A stretch of 64,000 nt of DNA from Somniosus microcephalus (GCA_052327205.1 CM126212.1:209250001-209314000); one strand, 5' to 3'; positions 26,401-40,056 are shown, counted from the first letter of the stretch. Notes: generated from the letters alone by a model not told the origin. Translations and numbers: made by a program.

Positions 26401-26571
26401 TTTTCTGCGCGCGCAGCCGGGCGGGCGCTAAACTTTGCGCCGGCGCTAACGGGCAACTTAATTTGGGGCGGGGCGCAAACTGCGCTGCGCCCGGGCGCTA
26501 CACGCATAGCGCCCGGAAATCACTTCTCTTAAGGCGCTAACTGCTGGCGCAAGCAACTGAAAATCTAGCCC

Positions 26572-26825
26572 TATATGTTTATAAATCATTGAACGAGATG
26601 GTCGTCTACTCTATATGTTTATAAATCATTGAACTAGATGGTCGTCTACTCTATATGTTTATAAATCACTGAACGAGATGGTCGTCTACTCTATATGTTT
26701 ATAAATCATTGAACGAGATGGTCGTCTACTCTATATGTTTATAAATCATTGAACTAGATCATGGCTTATTCCATACGCTTAAAAATCACTGAACTAGATG
26801 GTCGTCTATTCCAAATGTTAACAAA
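26572..26825. repeat. Continuation of the 40-bp satellite beyond the Harbinger insertion
   Basis: Same C monomer resumes in register after the TAT duplication, then degenerates. Confidence 0.93.
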
Positions 26826-27392
26826 TGTGAGTCGCTGTACCTTTAGTTATATTTATCTGGAAGTTGGTCTCGAATGTAGCAATGTTCCCTTATTTATTTC
26901 TCTTGGTTCAACACACAAACTTCTCCAAATCCATCTCATTTATTCCTTTGTGATTTAAAAATCTTTATTACTTCTTTCACATAATCTTATGTGATCCATG
27001 AGAGGAAGGTGCTGGGTGCAGGTAACTGCTTCTCACAGGAAAATCACAAGGTGAAGAAACCAACCTATTCTTCCTACCAGCTGGAACAACACTACACAGA
27101 CATTTAAAACAAAAACAGAGAGGGGAACATTAATCTGTCTTGTGTAAATCTGTTTCTACAAATACATATATATTTATTTTAAAAACTGCATGAAAAAAGC
27201 AACTATTTAACATAGAATGATATGGCACAAAAGGAGGCCATTCGGCCCATTGTGCCTATGTGCTACAAAAATTAGGAAATAACCTCCTATCTGACACAGT
27301 ATCTATTTATTATAACATGAGGATGAATAGGACAGTAGGATATGTTTTTTCAAAAGTTTGTAGACATAGCACTAGCATGGTATTGAACATAC

Positions 27393-27575
27393 CTGAGTTT
27401 GGATCCTGTTTAGACCTCTGAACCAAAGAATCTGCCCACGCCGAAGTTCTCTCTCTGCATGATCAATTTCTTCAGCATCTTCATTAAGCTCCTCTTCTGG
27501 GATGTCATCCTTGTGAGTTCCATGGCCTGCCTCCTTCAGAAACTTCAATCGATTGGTTGGAATGGAGGATATTAC
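27393..27575 (-). CDS. ATP2B2: PMCA2 coding exon ending in first half of calmodulin-binding domain (...[22 protein letters not shown])
   Basis: 183-bp exon, AG/GT, canonical [18 protein letters not shown]. Confidence 0.95.
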
Positions 27576-28027
27576 CTGAGAAATTAGTAAATGGACATGG
27601 GCTGTTAATCTCTCTTTTCTGAGCAGTTTCCAATTGGTTTAATCGTGAAAAGAAGAAAATATGTTGATTTGTGCTATGAGGGAACAACTAATAATCTAAA
27701 GGCATGATTTTCCTCTCCTTTACAATTAGGGAACACTCAGTTCCTGGGTACGAAATACAGGAAAAATGGCAAAGACTTGTTATGCTGAGTCTCCGCCTAC
27801 TTTACCATGCCTAGTGATTTCCTGGGGATCTCCTGAAGAGGCAGAGCAGTTAAGCTCTAAGGGGAAAAAAAAGCCATGTGAGATGAGTGGTGTGTGATGG
27901 GACGTCCTGTCTCATTTTCCTACAGAAAAGCTAGACAGGTGCCCGTAAGAAGTAGGCATTAGACCTTGCAACTCACCTGGCCTCTCGGAGCAAAGGAGCT
28001 GTAAGGGGTAGTAAGCAACACCATGTG

Positions 28028-28281
28028 TAGGGTCGTCAACTCTTCAGAATTGCCCTGGAGTCTCCCAGGAATTAAAGATTAATCTCCTGGACACTGCTGT
28101 GAGCAACCCAGTAGAAAAATCATAGGGGCATTAAAAAGAAATTGTGCGCTTTTTTTGTTTATTTATTATTAAAGTATTAAAGACAGGGAAAAAAAGGCCG
28201 TTTAACTGGGCGGGGCATATGGAGGCAGGAGGTCATGTGAGAAACCTCCAGACACATGTCCAACTAGAGTTGGCAACCGTA
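28028..28281. mobile_element. hAT-type MITE
   Basis: TIRs TAGGGTCGTCAACTC / GAGTTGGCAACCGTA; 8-bp TSD ACCATGTG / ACCATGTA (7/8). Confidence 0.8.
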
Positions 28282-29297
28282 ACCATGTAAGATCTGAAAA
28301 GATAAGTGACTTAAAAAAAACAGGTCCCCGTGGAGCTATGGGTCAGGAGGCCTACTGGCTGCTGTGTCTTATTACCCCAGAGAACACGCTGCTGGTGCAG
28401 TATACTTCACTTTGATGTTTGGCAAAGTACCTCACAAAATTTGGCCAATATCGTTTCCTTCGAAAGCCACTGCATGGCTGCTCATTCTACTGGAATGCTG
28501 AGGCATGCCTTTTCTAAAACTAGGAATAAAAGAGCTGAACCTAGTTCCTTCCATTAGGATACAGTATCTTCGTATGCGATCATGTAGAGTAATTGGAGAC
28601 GAGCTATTGTTTAACATACAGAACTATGGTTTGTTATTCCCTGTTGTACAGATCACTTGGGTCTAAGCATCACAAGATAACAAGTAATCCTGTGTAACTC
28701 TTCATTTATAGCATCCCAATTTCCACCTTTTGCAACATGGGTACAAATTGCAATGTTATTGCCCCTGACCTGCACCCTACTGTAAACTAATCATTTATAC
28801 GCGAGTGATATGAAAGCTATATGGAAACAATGTGCAATTTAAAGTTTCGTAACTGTACAGACTTTACTTTGTACACTGTGCTTTGGTGGCACGTTATGAG
28901 AGTTAGGTAGTAGAGTCCCTGACACTTCTCCCACATTCAAGAATATATTTTTTTAAAGCTTTTTAATTCAGGGGAAAATGGAATTGCTGGGTTCCCAGTT
29001 GTTTGATTGTTTTGGTTTTAAACGGGCCTTTGTGGTACACTTACTAAAATGCACAATAGCTCTTATTTGGGTCTCTACAGAACTCTACCCACATCCTGAA
29101 TGGCATCCCCTCCCCTAGTGCTATATTGCCGGCTTACTAGTGTTAGTTGTGCAACAAAACATTTTGAAGGGACCATTCAGATACCAGACGTATAGCCCTC
29201 ATTTTTCACTGACCTAGGTGGCATTTACGACCATGAAGTTGTGGAAAAGATGGACACATTTTCAATATTTCTTTATGAATTCAGAATAAATCATTAC

Positions 29298-29405
29298 CTG
29301 TCCCCATAGCAACTCTCCCACTCCTAGAACGATGCACCACAACCACTGGTCTATTTGCAGAGGTACACAACTGAAAGGTTTTCCACCAAACTGAATAATT
29401 ACAAT
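29298..29405 (-). CDS. ATP2B2: PMCA2 coding exon ([36 protein letters not shown])
   Basis: 108-bp exon, AG/GT, TM9-10 region, translated by hand. Confidence 0.93.
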
Positions 29406-29519
29406 CTACAGCAGTGGGGAAAAAAAACACAAAAATAATCAGAGCCTGCTTTTTAAAATAGGATCACAATTTTTGCTATTTGTTCCTAAAAAATTGAAAT
29501 GACTCTTATATGCAAGTTG

Positions 29520-30642
29520 AAGCATAATTATATTAGCATGGATGGATAGAGAATTGGCTAACTAACAGAAAGCAGAGAGTCAGATAAATGGGTAATTTTC
29601 CGGTTAGCAAACGGTAACTAGTGGGCTGCCACAAGGATCGGTGCTGGGGCCTCAACTATTTACAATCTACATTAATAACTTGGATGAAGGGACCAAGTGT
29701 AATGTAGCCAAGTTTGCAGATGATACAAAGATGGGTGGAAAAGCAAGTTGTGCAGAGGACTCAAAGAATCTGCAAAGGGATACAGACAGGCTCAGTGAGT
29801 GGGCAAACATTTGGCAGCTGGAGTATAATATGGGAAAGTGCGAGGTTATACACTTTGGCAGGAAAAATAAAAAAGCAAATTATTATTCAAATGGAGAGAG
29901 ATTTCAAAATGCTACAGTTCAGAGGGACCTGGGGATTCTTGTGCATGAAACACAAAAAGTTAGCAGGCAGGTACAGCAAGTAATCAAAAAGGCAAATGGA
30001 ATGTTGGCCTTTATTTCAAGGGGGTTGGAGTATAAAAGCAGGGAAGTCCTGCTACAACTGTACAGGCTATTGGTGAGACCACACCTTGAGTACTGTGTAC
30101 AGTTTTGGTCTCCTTATTTAAGGAAGGATATACTTGCATTGGAGGCAGTTCAGAGACGATTCACTAGGTTAATTCCAGAGATGAGGGGTTTGACTTATGA
30201 GGAAAGGTTGAGCAGGCTGGGCCTATACTCATTGGAGTTTAGAAGAATGAGAGGTGATCTTATTGAAACATATAAGATACTGAGGGGGCTCGACAGGGTA
30301 GATGCAGAGAGGATATTTCCCCTCGTGGGGAAATCTAGAACTCGGGGGCACAGTTTTAGAATAAAGGGTCGCCCTTTTAGAACTGAGATGAGGAGGTATT
30401 TCTTCTCTCAGAGGGTCGTAAATCTGTGGAATTCTTTGCCCCAGAGAGCCGTGGAGGCTGGGTCATTAAATACATTTAAGGTGGAGATAAACAGATTTTT
30501 GCAAGATAAGGGAGTGAAGGGTTATGGGGAGCGGGAGGCGAAGTGGCTTTGAGCCCAAGATCAGCCATGATCTTATTGAATGGCGGAGCAGGCTTGAGGG
30601 GCCAAGTGGCCTAATCCTGCTCCTATTTCTTATGTTCTTATG
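29520..30642 (+). mobile_element. 5'-truncated CR1 LINE; open RT C-terminal frame 29641-30552
   Basis: LGPQLFTIYIN...KFADDTK...RPHLEYCVQFWSP; CR1 3' UTR ending atttcttatgttcttatg. Confidence 0.93.
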
Positions 30643-31774
30643 AAGCCTATAATTTGAAAGATGAGATTATCATAAAAACTGAAGCAACACAGTGCGCTAC
30701 TGAGCAATATTGACCAGGAATGTTCCTGGTTCAATTGCTGGACTGTTGCATGTCAGCTTATCTCTATCTGGACAGCCTTGAGTGTGCTACAATTGATGTC
30801 AGCATCCTTGAACTAAGGAAGGGTGGGTGAGGGGGGAGAAATCATTCATGGTTCTTGCTCCTAATTACTATCCAGAAGCCATTGCTGGAACTGAAGATAA
30901 ATTGATTGGGTCAGGTTCACATGTGATGGCCACTGACACTCAAACTGTCTTGGTTCACCCATGGGGAATGTCTGCTTCAGAAAGGGCCTACAGAGCCACC
31001 ACCAGACCCTGGCGAGAATTATGGCCTACATCAGAGCAGCAAAGGTGGGAAATCATAGAGAAAACTGGAGGCGCATAAAATAGTGAACAGAAAAGAGGTT
31101 CAATTTGGACGAAGTACAAATGTGTGCTACAGAACAAATATCACATTACAGAAGGAAGTTTTATGGATTTAAAATAAACTAGAGCAGGGGTATTACTAAA
31201 AAGTTAACTCAAGCACATATTCTGAACCGCATGCTGCTGTGTTGGAGAAATTCAACTTGCAGCACTGCATTTTTTCATGTCGCTTTGTACACTACTTCCT
31301 GATTATTAATAAGATTCTAATAAATGCAACTCTTATTATCACACCCAAATATCTCAGGGCAGCAGTTTGAAGGGCAGAACCTGTGGCAATGCTGTAAACC
31401 CTCAATACTGAGCTGGAATGTCAGCCTAAACCATGGCATGGTGCTTTAACTCACAACTTTCTAACCCAGAGAAACCCAGAGAAAGACCATTGTGAATTCA
31501 GCATAATGGTTAGGAATAAAATCACTGACATAATTGAAGAGCAGGATTTTATCCAGGCTGCAGGACAAGATTGAGAAGCAATGCACCACCCTGGTGAAGG
31601 AAATGTTCCGTTACAAGCTGCAGCTCTCCAAACTGAGGCATTCTATGGATTAAAACACTTGTCAGTGGATTCTGTTTGTGACTAATCTTTATTTATACCT
31701 TTCAATAGTATTACATTAATAAAAAACACTGATGGGAAGCAGTTAATTTATCAGAAATTTCTGTTCTCCAATAC

Positions 31775-31986
31775 CTGGATTGCAAAAGTGCCGAATACAA
31801 TACTACAGAAGATGGGATTTCTGAAAATGCCGTCAAACACATTCTTCTCCCCATGAATCTTGCGAGCGTTGATTTCATTGAAGAGTTGCATCAAGACAAA
31901 AGTGTTAAAGATGATGGTGTAGTGTTCAGATGGTGGCGCATGCAATGGTGCATTTCTACCACTGTCGATATTAAAAATGGTCTCCC
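31775..31986 (-). CDS. ATP2B2: PMCA2 coding exon ([46 protein letters not shown]...FAIQ)
   Basis: 212-bp exon, AG/GT, phase consistent with neighbours. Confidence 0.95.
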
Positions 31987-32184
31987 CTGAAAACAAGCAG
32001 ACAGCAGCACAGCAATGATACAAGTTACTGCTTCGAGTAAATATACCTGAAAGATGCACTGCTTTTGATCATATCTCCTTCTTTGGCTCAGCATTCAATT
32101 TTGACTGATTATGCCTCTGTGGAGTGCCTTGGGACATTTTTCAATGTTTAAAGTGCTATATAAATGCAAGTTATTAAATGCAAT

Positions 32185-33012
32185 TAAATACTGGGAAGAC
32201 CGAAGCCATTGTTTTCGGTTCCCTGCCACAAACTCCGTTCCCTAGCCACTGACTCCATCCCTTTCCCTAACATTTGTCTGAGGCTGAACCGCACTATTCG
32301 CAACTTTGGTGTCATATTTGACCCTGAAACGAGCTTCCGACCACATATCCGCGCCATAACCAAGACCGCCTATTTCCACCTCTAACATTGCCAGTCTCCG
32401 TCCTTGCCTCAGTTAATCCGCTGCTGAAACCCTGATCCATACCTTTTTACCTCTAGACTTGACTATTCCAATGCACTCCTGGCTGGCCTCTCACGTTCTA
32501 CCCTATGTAAACTTGAGGTCATCCAAAACTCTGCTGCCCGTGTCCTAACTCGCACTAAGTTCCGTTCACCCATCACCCCTGTGCTCGCTGACCTACATTA
32601 GCTCTAGATTAAGCAACGCCTCAGTTTTAAAATTCTCATTCTTGTTTTCAAATCCCTCCATGGCCTCACTCCTTCCTATCTCTGTAATCTCCTCCAGCCC
32701 CACAACCCCCCCGAGATATTTGCACTCCTCTAATTCTGCCCTCTTGAGCATCCCTGATGATAATCGCTCAACCATTGGTGACCGTGCCTTCTGATGTCTA
32801 GGCCCTAAGCTCTGGAATTCCCTCCCTAAACCCCTCTGCCTCTCCTTCCTCCTTTAAGATGCTCCTTAAGACCTACCCCTTCAACCAAGCTTTTGGTCAT
32901 CCGCTCTAATTCCTCATGGGGCTTGTTGTCAAATTTCTGTCTTATGATACTCCTGTGAAGTATCTTGGGATGTTTTACTATGTTAAAGGCGCTATATAAA
33001 TACAAGTTGCTG
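32185..33012 (+). mobile_element. L2-clade LINE 3' fragment
   Basis: Degenerate SRLDYSNALLAGL...IQNSAARVLT; tail ggcgctatataaatacaagttg. Confidence 0.85.
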
Positions 33013-34373
33013 TCATTGTTGTTGTTACATACCAATTGGAGTTTGATGGTTCACATATCTTTTTTTTATATACTTCTCCCATCTCAAGAATGAACAAAGT
33101 CTCTGCCATCTTGAAAATGAGCAAAACCTGTCCAAAGAGGCCTGACGTCAAACTATGTATTCTGGATGCACTGTAAATGACTTTTTTCCATGCACTTCAG
33201 ATACTACACAAACATATTTCTTCAGAAAATTCTATAACAGAAATATTTGGAATAAATTTTACAGTACAATGCCCATTGCTAAATGACAAATGCTGAAATA
33301 CCAGAGAAAAAATGAACAATTTCATTTTTAATGAATTTTTGGAATGCAAGGCAATGTAACTCTTCGTTCATCCTGCCATCAAATTTCCAAAACGAATAAA
33401 TTGGTTGATGCTTATTGGATTTTCAATAACAGTCGGCATAGTAGGCCCATTACCCTTCTACGCAGCACTGTGTAGAGTCACAAATCATAAAAAGCAAGCA
33501 TTATATTTTCAAAGAATAAAAGAGTAATAAGAAGCAAATATTTTCACTTATTTATTTCTGCATTACTGACAAATAGCATCATTTTTATTCCCCCAGGATA
33601 AAGAAACGTACCTAGTGAATGGTGTATATAAAAAAACTTGCTTGAAATATATTTTGTTTATATATGCATAAGGCGGCAAAATATTTGTACATGTCCTGAA
33701 GCTGGTTTGTGCAATAAAAAGCTGACTTTTATGTCTCCACCTCTACATACTTTGTTTTAATACTTGCAGTTACTTCTCTTCACCTCTCAAGAAAATGCTA
33801 TTGTATGGTTACACTTGCACTAACTACCCACCAGTACCTTACGCATGTGAGTATTGCCAGGCTATTGGACCATGGAAATTATTACAGCATCTGGTCCTGT
33901 CCTCAGCTGGTGTCTATGGCTGTGTATTTTCCAGCAAGGGTTACTGGATAGTCAACAGGCCAGGAGCATTGACTATATTTTCTCCTCTGTAGCTAAGAGA
34001 TGCTAAGGATAACTGTGCTGCTCCAACACTGGCCCAGATCAGATAGTTCAGCAAAGACCAGGGATTGAACCTGGGACCTTTATAGATGACATGACTTAGA
34101 ATCACACCACGTAGTGCAAGTACCCACTGAACAACCACCCCATCATATCTTTTCAAGTCTGAAACACAATTTTAAGATTTCACTGAATTAACCAACTGCT
34201 GTAAGAATTTTCTTTGTTAATCATAAACTTTTCTATTCATAACATTTATGAAGAAAGAAAACCATTATCTTGATCCCTGATTTGTTTTCCGAAAAGGAAT
34301 TCTTGAACTCTTGTTTTCTTTTATAGAGAATGATAAGAACTGGATGAATCGATCTGACAAAGACAAATACATT

Positions 34374-34973
34374 GGCCCGGATTTTGTGGTCAGTGGTGAA
34401 GGAACAGCAGTCGCTGTTCACTCCGCTGACTGCTGCCCATGAAGTTTTTGCGGGCTTTTGAGCGCAGACTTGTACAGAAAACAAAATAAAGATTGGGAAA
34501 TACAGATGGGGATTAAGGGAGATAAAAAAAAGAGACAGAAAGAAAAAGTAAAAAAAAAAGCATTAAAAAAAATCTCCAACACTAATTATCTTCTGAAGGA
34601 ATGAGATGAGATTCCATTCTTGCAAAATTAATTTGTCAGAGCCAGCGAGGTTATTCAGCAGTAATTATCACTTTTCATGCCATTAAAAACTCACTCCGGA
34701 GTGGAGCAGCCCTAACATTTTCAGCCATCTTTAGTGGGAAACTTGTGGGCAAGTACCACAAGTTCACGCCATTGCATTCATTTCAGTGGTGAGTCTATCA
34801 GCAAGGACGGCAACAGCACACCCGGTGGAGGAACAGGGTATCTGTGACAGCAACATCCGGATTTCCATGTTTAACTGCGCATGTGCGTATTCCAGAAGTT
34901 GCTGTCCGATTTACCCCGGTACAATGGCGAGCGCTGTTAGTCTCACCGTTATTCTTGTTGCAAAAATCCAGCC
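34374..34973. mobile_element. Harbinger-type MITE, degenerate TIRs
   Basis: GGCCCGGATTTT...AAAAATCCAGCC; internal homology to 35099-35838. Confidence 0.55.
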
Positions 34974-35098
34974 TATTAAGTTCTTTAGCATTTGAGTAAT
35001 TAGTGAGGAAATTCCCTTGCTCAGTGGAAGAAGCATTAATGTCAGCAATTCACACATGTGCGAGTGTGCACTGTTCCATGATTTCCTCAGTGCGTAAT

Positions 35099-35838
35099 GG
35101 GCCATAATATGCCGTAGCAGGGCATCTAACAGCATCTGCCACTCGTTAGACTTGCCCTTGCATGTTTAAGTTTTAAAATTTTTTGCGTGGCATGTTGCTG
35201 AAAGTGCGAGCTGATAATGTAGCAGTGAGGGAAACCGGGCATCTGGGACCTGAGTGAACAGGGAAAGCAACTGTCCTTAACCAATCAGATTGAAGGATTG
35301 TGAAATTACCAGAACAAGGACCGAGAGGGAAGTACAAATTAGTGTGGGTAAATTCAATGCCAAATCAGGTACAGAAAGAGAAATAAAGAGAGGGAAAGAA
35401 AGATTGGATGAAGAGAGAGAGACAAAGAGACAGAAAAGTTAATTTTTTAAAAATTTCTATTTTTAAAATCTCCAACAATTAAAACCTGAAGGAATGACAC
35501 TCCACACTTGTTATAGTTATTTTGCAGTGTCACAGAAGTTGTTTGGCAGTAATTAACACGTATCAAGTCGTTAAAAGGGTACTTAGACTGAAACGGACAA
35601 GACCTAACTTTCTGTGTCGAGTTTAGTTTGTATCTACCGCGCAAGTACAGGAATTTCACACTGTTCAATGCAGTTCAATGGTGAGCCAGACAGTGAGATG
35701 CCATTCTCGCGAAGCAACTCAGACAGCGACTTTTGGATATTTGAGTTTAACTGCGCATCTACCCCTTGCCTGAAGTTGCACATAAATAATGCCGAGTGAC
35801 ATTAGCCTCACCATTATTTTGACAGCAAATTATGGCCC
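35099..35838. mobile_element. Harbinger-type MITE
   Basis: TIRs GGGCCATAAT(A/T)TGC (13/14); 3-bp TSD AAT on both sides. Confidence 0.8.
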
Positions 35839-36311
35839 AATATGTATTTGTTCTAAATGGGTTTACACGTGGTGCACAGAGGAAATCTTTCCTCATTGTG
35901 ACAAACATGATTCATGGTTCTTCCCTTTCAACAAATAAATGAATTTGCCAAACAATTTTTCCAAGAAGTTAATGTCCCCCTTTAATATGATTTAAAATGT
36001 AACCCTGTCTATTAAGATTTATCTCAGTCATCTGAAATGCATCTCATACTGTTGTAGCCAAGCAGTATGTGCAGGCACACAAGGCAATCATAACAGAACC
36101 AAGCAAAACATGACTAGGAATGGCTGTTATAAAATCCTGAATCTTCCAGACTTTCTACATCACAAATCATATCAGCAATGATTAACATTTCACAGGCGTT
36201 GAACATTGCAGTCCAATGTTTGTTCCTTTTAATAAAAGATTTACACAATACATCTTTTTGTTTTAAAAAAGAGTTTGTGTATGAATGAAGCAGCAGTTCA
36301 CTAGAGCCTCA

Positions 36312-36635
<324 letters not shown>

Positions 36636-36906
36636 CTAGAGAAGAAGAATTATTAAATTGCATTATAAAATCATTTTATTGTTCTCAAGACTGGCTGAAG
36701 TAGTATAAATAGTACAAAGTTGTTTATGTAAAATGCCTTGTAACAAAATAATAATTTATAGAAGGGCACTGGATCAAGTACTGCGGCCCTAGTACAGTAC
36801 TTAAATTTAAGAAATCTGCATGGAAATTGGCATGGAAGCTGTATAGATTTGATTTTCTGGGGGTTTAAAATATCTTGACAAAAACTGGGCAATTGCAGTA
36901 AGAAAG

Positions 36907-37294
36907 AAGAACTGGCATTTATCAAGTACCTTTCGTCAAGTACTTTTGAAGTGCAGTCATTGTTGTAACGTAGGGAAATGTGGCAGCCAATTTCTCCACA
37001 GCAAGGTCCCGCAAAACGAGAAAAGTGACTATATGCTCTGTTTTAGTGATATTGATGAGGGATAAATGTTGGCTAGGACACTAGGAGTACTACCCTGTCT
37101 TCTTCAAATAGTACCATGGGATCTTTTACATCCAGCGGGGAGGGCAGACAGGGCCTCATTTTAACATCTACTCTAAAAATGCAGCACTGAGGGAGTGTCA
37201 GCCTAAATGACATGCTTATGTCTCCAGAATGGGGTTTGAACCCACAACCTTTCTGACTCAGAGGCAAGAGTGCGACCTCTGAGCCAAGGCTGAC
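36907..37294 (-). mobile_element. tRNA-type SINE, same family as 2352-2738
   Basis: Shared cttcaaatagt.ccatgggatcttt and ggggttt.aac.cac.acct blocks. Confidence 0.65.
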
Positions 37295-37509
37295 AGCAAT
37301 TATTCTAAATAATGATGATAACCCATGAAAAGAAAGCTACTACATCAACGCTACAAGTAAAGTCTTTGTTAAGGAATTTGATTCAAGCAAAACCCATAAT
37401 GGTTATAGTCACATTACAATAAATAATGTTAAATCAAAGCTTACCATTTTGCACAGTTTAACAATTTTTGAAAACGTAGTTCAGAGAAGAATTCTGCTGA
37501 GCGAGTAGG

Positions 37510-37806
37510 GTTAAAAGTCCCCCCAATATTTTAACTGCAGTCTAACCAATGATTTACATAGGTTTATCCTTTATTTTTGTACTTAGTGCCCTATTTATAA
37601 AACTTATGATCCCATACACATTTATTTACAACTCGCCCGCCCGTTTTTAAAGATATGTGTATCTGAACACCTCAGCCTTTCTTGCTTCTGTATTCCTTTT
37701 AAAGTTTTACCATTTAGTAAATATTTTCTGTCCTTATTCTTCCTCCCAAAATATATCACCTCATATTTCTCTGCATTAAATTTCACCTGATATCTATCTG
37801 CCCATA
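37510..37806 (-). mobile_element. Degenerate CR1 fragment
   Basis: WADRYQVKFNAEKYEVIYFGRKNK. Confidence 0.75.
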
Positions 37807-38794
37807 AGGAAGCATTCAATTTCAGCAGTGTTTCTGAGGGCCATGCACGGAATGAAAAATTAAGTTCAAGATTCCCATCTTCTAAACGAATGCAGTATAA
37901 TTTATACTATGGTATTCTGCTTAGGTCTTCAGTTTTGCGCAAGATTGTTACACTTTAAGCAAAGTAATACCTGGCTTCATAAAATATGTAACAGTATTGG
38001 GAACCCTGCTGAACAGATGTGCTGTCAACTTAATTCTCAGTAACAGTCTATAAATGATGGAATGCCTTTCCAGGAAGGTCACTCTAAGTATTCTGACTTC
38101 TAATTAGTAGTCTTTAATGCTAGCGACTATAAATGATTTGCATGTTATATTGACCATCTCTACTCGAAAATCCTCTCTAAAAATAAACCTATTATCTGGT
38201 ACACTGTAGTCTTCATCCATATGGGGAATTTTACTGCCTGGTTCAGGCTCAATATTAAACACTACTTAACTTCAACAACCAGCTGATAGAATTTCAATTG
38301 AAAAAATATAGCAATCCGACAGGTAACAACTAACTTCAGAGGAAAATAATCAACTCGACGAAGGCTCCCAATGCTTCATTCTCCCTCTATTTCAGTCTGC
38401 TGACATTTAACAGGGCATCATTTGCACTTTTCATCAAAATTCAAAGATTTTCTAAAGGATGTCTCAACGGTCAAGGTTGTAGAGTGCACTCTAAATTGGA
38501 TCATTTGTCTACCAAAGCAAAAACAATTTTCTTAAGCTTTCGGACAGACCATTATAATGACTACCATCTAGGCAGAAACATCCAACAGGACTGTTTTGCT
38601 GAGCTTGGGATAAACTGAAACTCCCTCCTATCAAGTAATTGCACAATAATCTCAACCTGGACTCTCGCCCAAAGAAAGCAGTCTGGTACTAAGTATCTCC
38701 CATCGAAAAGAGAGTAATTTTAGGTATACTGCTTCTTGAATTGTTATGTTTCCCATACCTTGATTATACCAAAGGAAATGAATCACTAGAAGCA

Positions 38795-39880
38795 CCTTTG
38801 ATAAGGTGCCACATAAGAGACTCATGACAGAGGTCAGTGCATGTGGAGTCAGGGAGCAGAATGGATTGAAAAATGGCTACCAAACAGAAAATAGAGGGTA
38901 GTAGTTAAGGGAAGTTTCTCAGACTGGCAGGAAATGGGAAGTTGTGTCCTCAGGGATCCCTGCTCAGACCACTGTTGTTTACCATATACATAAATGATTT
39001 GGAGTCAGGAATTGGAGGTATGGTGTGAACATTTGCAAATGATACCAAATTAGGGGGTGTAGCTAATAAGATGCAGGACTGCACAAAAATACAGGAAGAC
39101 ATAAACAGGCTTGCAGAATGGCCAGATAAATGGCAAATAAAATTCAACATCGGGAAGTGTGAGGTGGTTCATTTTGGTTGGACTAAAATTCCACTTATTC
39201 CTTGCAAGACAAGAAACTATCTGGGTACAGGAACAAAGAGATCTCAAAATACAGAGATATAAATTGCTCACAGTAGCAACATAAGTTGATAAGGTCAATT
39301 CTGGAAAAGAGAAGGCCAAGAAGGGACGTGATAGAAGTCATATTCAGGTGAAACAGCATACTTGTACTTCTTTCAATTTAGCATAATGTATTCGCTGCTC
39401 ATGATACGGTCTCCTCTAGATTGGGGAGACCAAATGCAGATTGGTGATCGCTTTGCGGAACACCTCCGTTCAGTTCGCAAGCATGACCCTGAGCTTCCGG
39501 TCGCCTGTCATTTTAATCCTCCTCCTCACTCTTGCCTCTCTGTCCTTGGCCTCCTACACTGTTCTAATACATAAATCAATAAAAGCTAGTGGACAGGTAC
39601 AAAAAGTAATCAAATAGGCTAATGGAATATTGGCCTTTATCTCAAGAGGCTTGGAATACAAAGGGAAGGAAGTAACGCTTCAGTTGTATAGAGTGCCTTG
39701 ATCAGACCCCACCTGGAGTATTGCGGTCAGTGCTGGGAACTGCAACTTATGAAGGATATATTGGCCTTGGAGCGGATAAAGCGCAGATTTATCAGAAGGA
39801 TACCGGGGCTTAAAGGGTTAAATTATGAGGACAGGTTGCATAAAATTGAGTTGTACTCCTTTGAGTTTAGAAGGTTGTGG
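38795..39880 (+). mobile_element. Degenerate CR1 RT fragment with nested insertion
   Basis: FDKVPH..., LAEWPDKWQIKFNIGKCEVVHFG, IRPHLEYC...EDRLHK. Confidence 0.8.
39330..39570 (+). mobile_element. Penelope GIY-YIG endonuclease fragment nested in CR1
   Basis: Decayed ...CIRCS..GLL*IGETK..IGDRFAEHLRSVRKHDPELPVACHFN. Confidence 0.75.
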
Positions 39881-40056
39881 GAATTCCAAAAGCAGGAAGA
39901 GAGTAAATATCAGAACGAACAGTCACAAAAACCACATAGACCAAATCGATGTTCAACAAGACTAGAGGAACAGGTACTGTCCAGTCAAATGAAGAATGTC
40001 CAAGTTGACCTCCAGAACCACAAGCAGCAAGGATATAAGGGCTAACGGTGTTGATT

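Larger units (their letters stand above)
22043..26571. mobile_element. Full-length autonomous PIF/Harbinger DNA transposon (4529 bp)
   Basis: Perfect 17-bp TIRs GGGCTAGATTTTCAGTT (22043-22059, 26555-26571); 3-bp TSD TAT (22040-22042, 26572-26574); two convergent genes; GC/CpG-rich relative to host. Confidence 0.96.
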
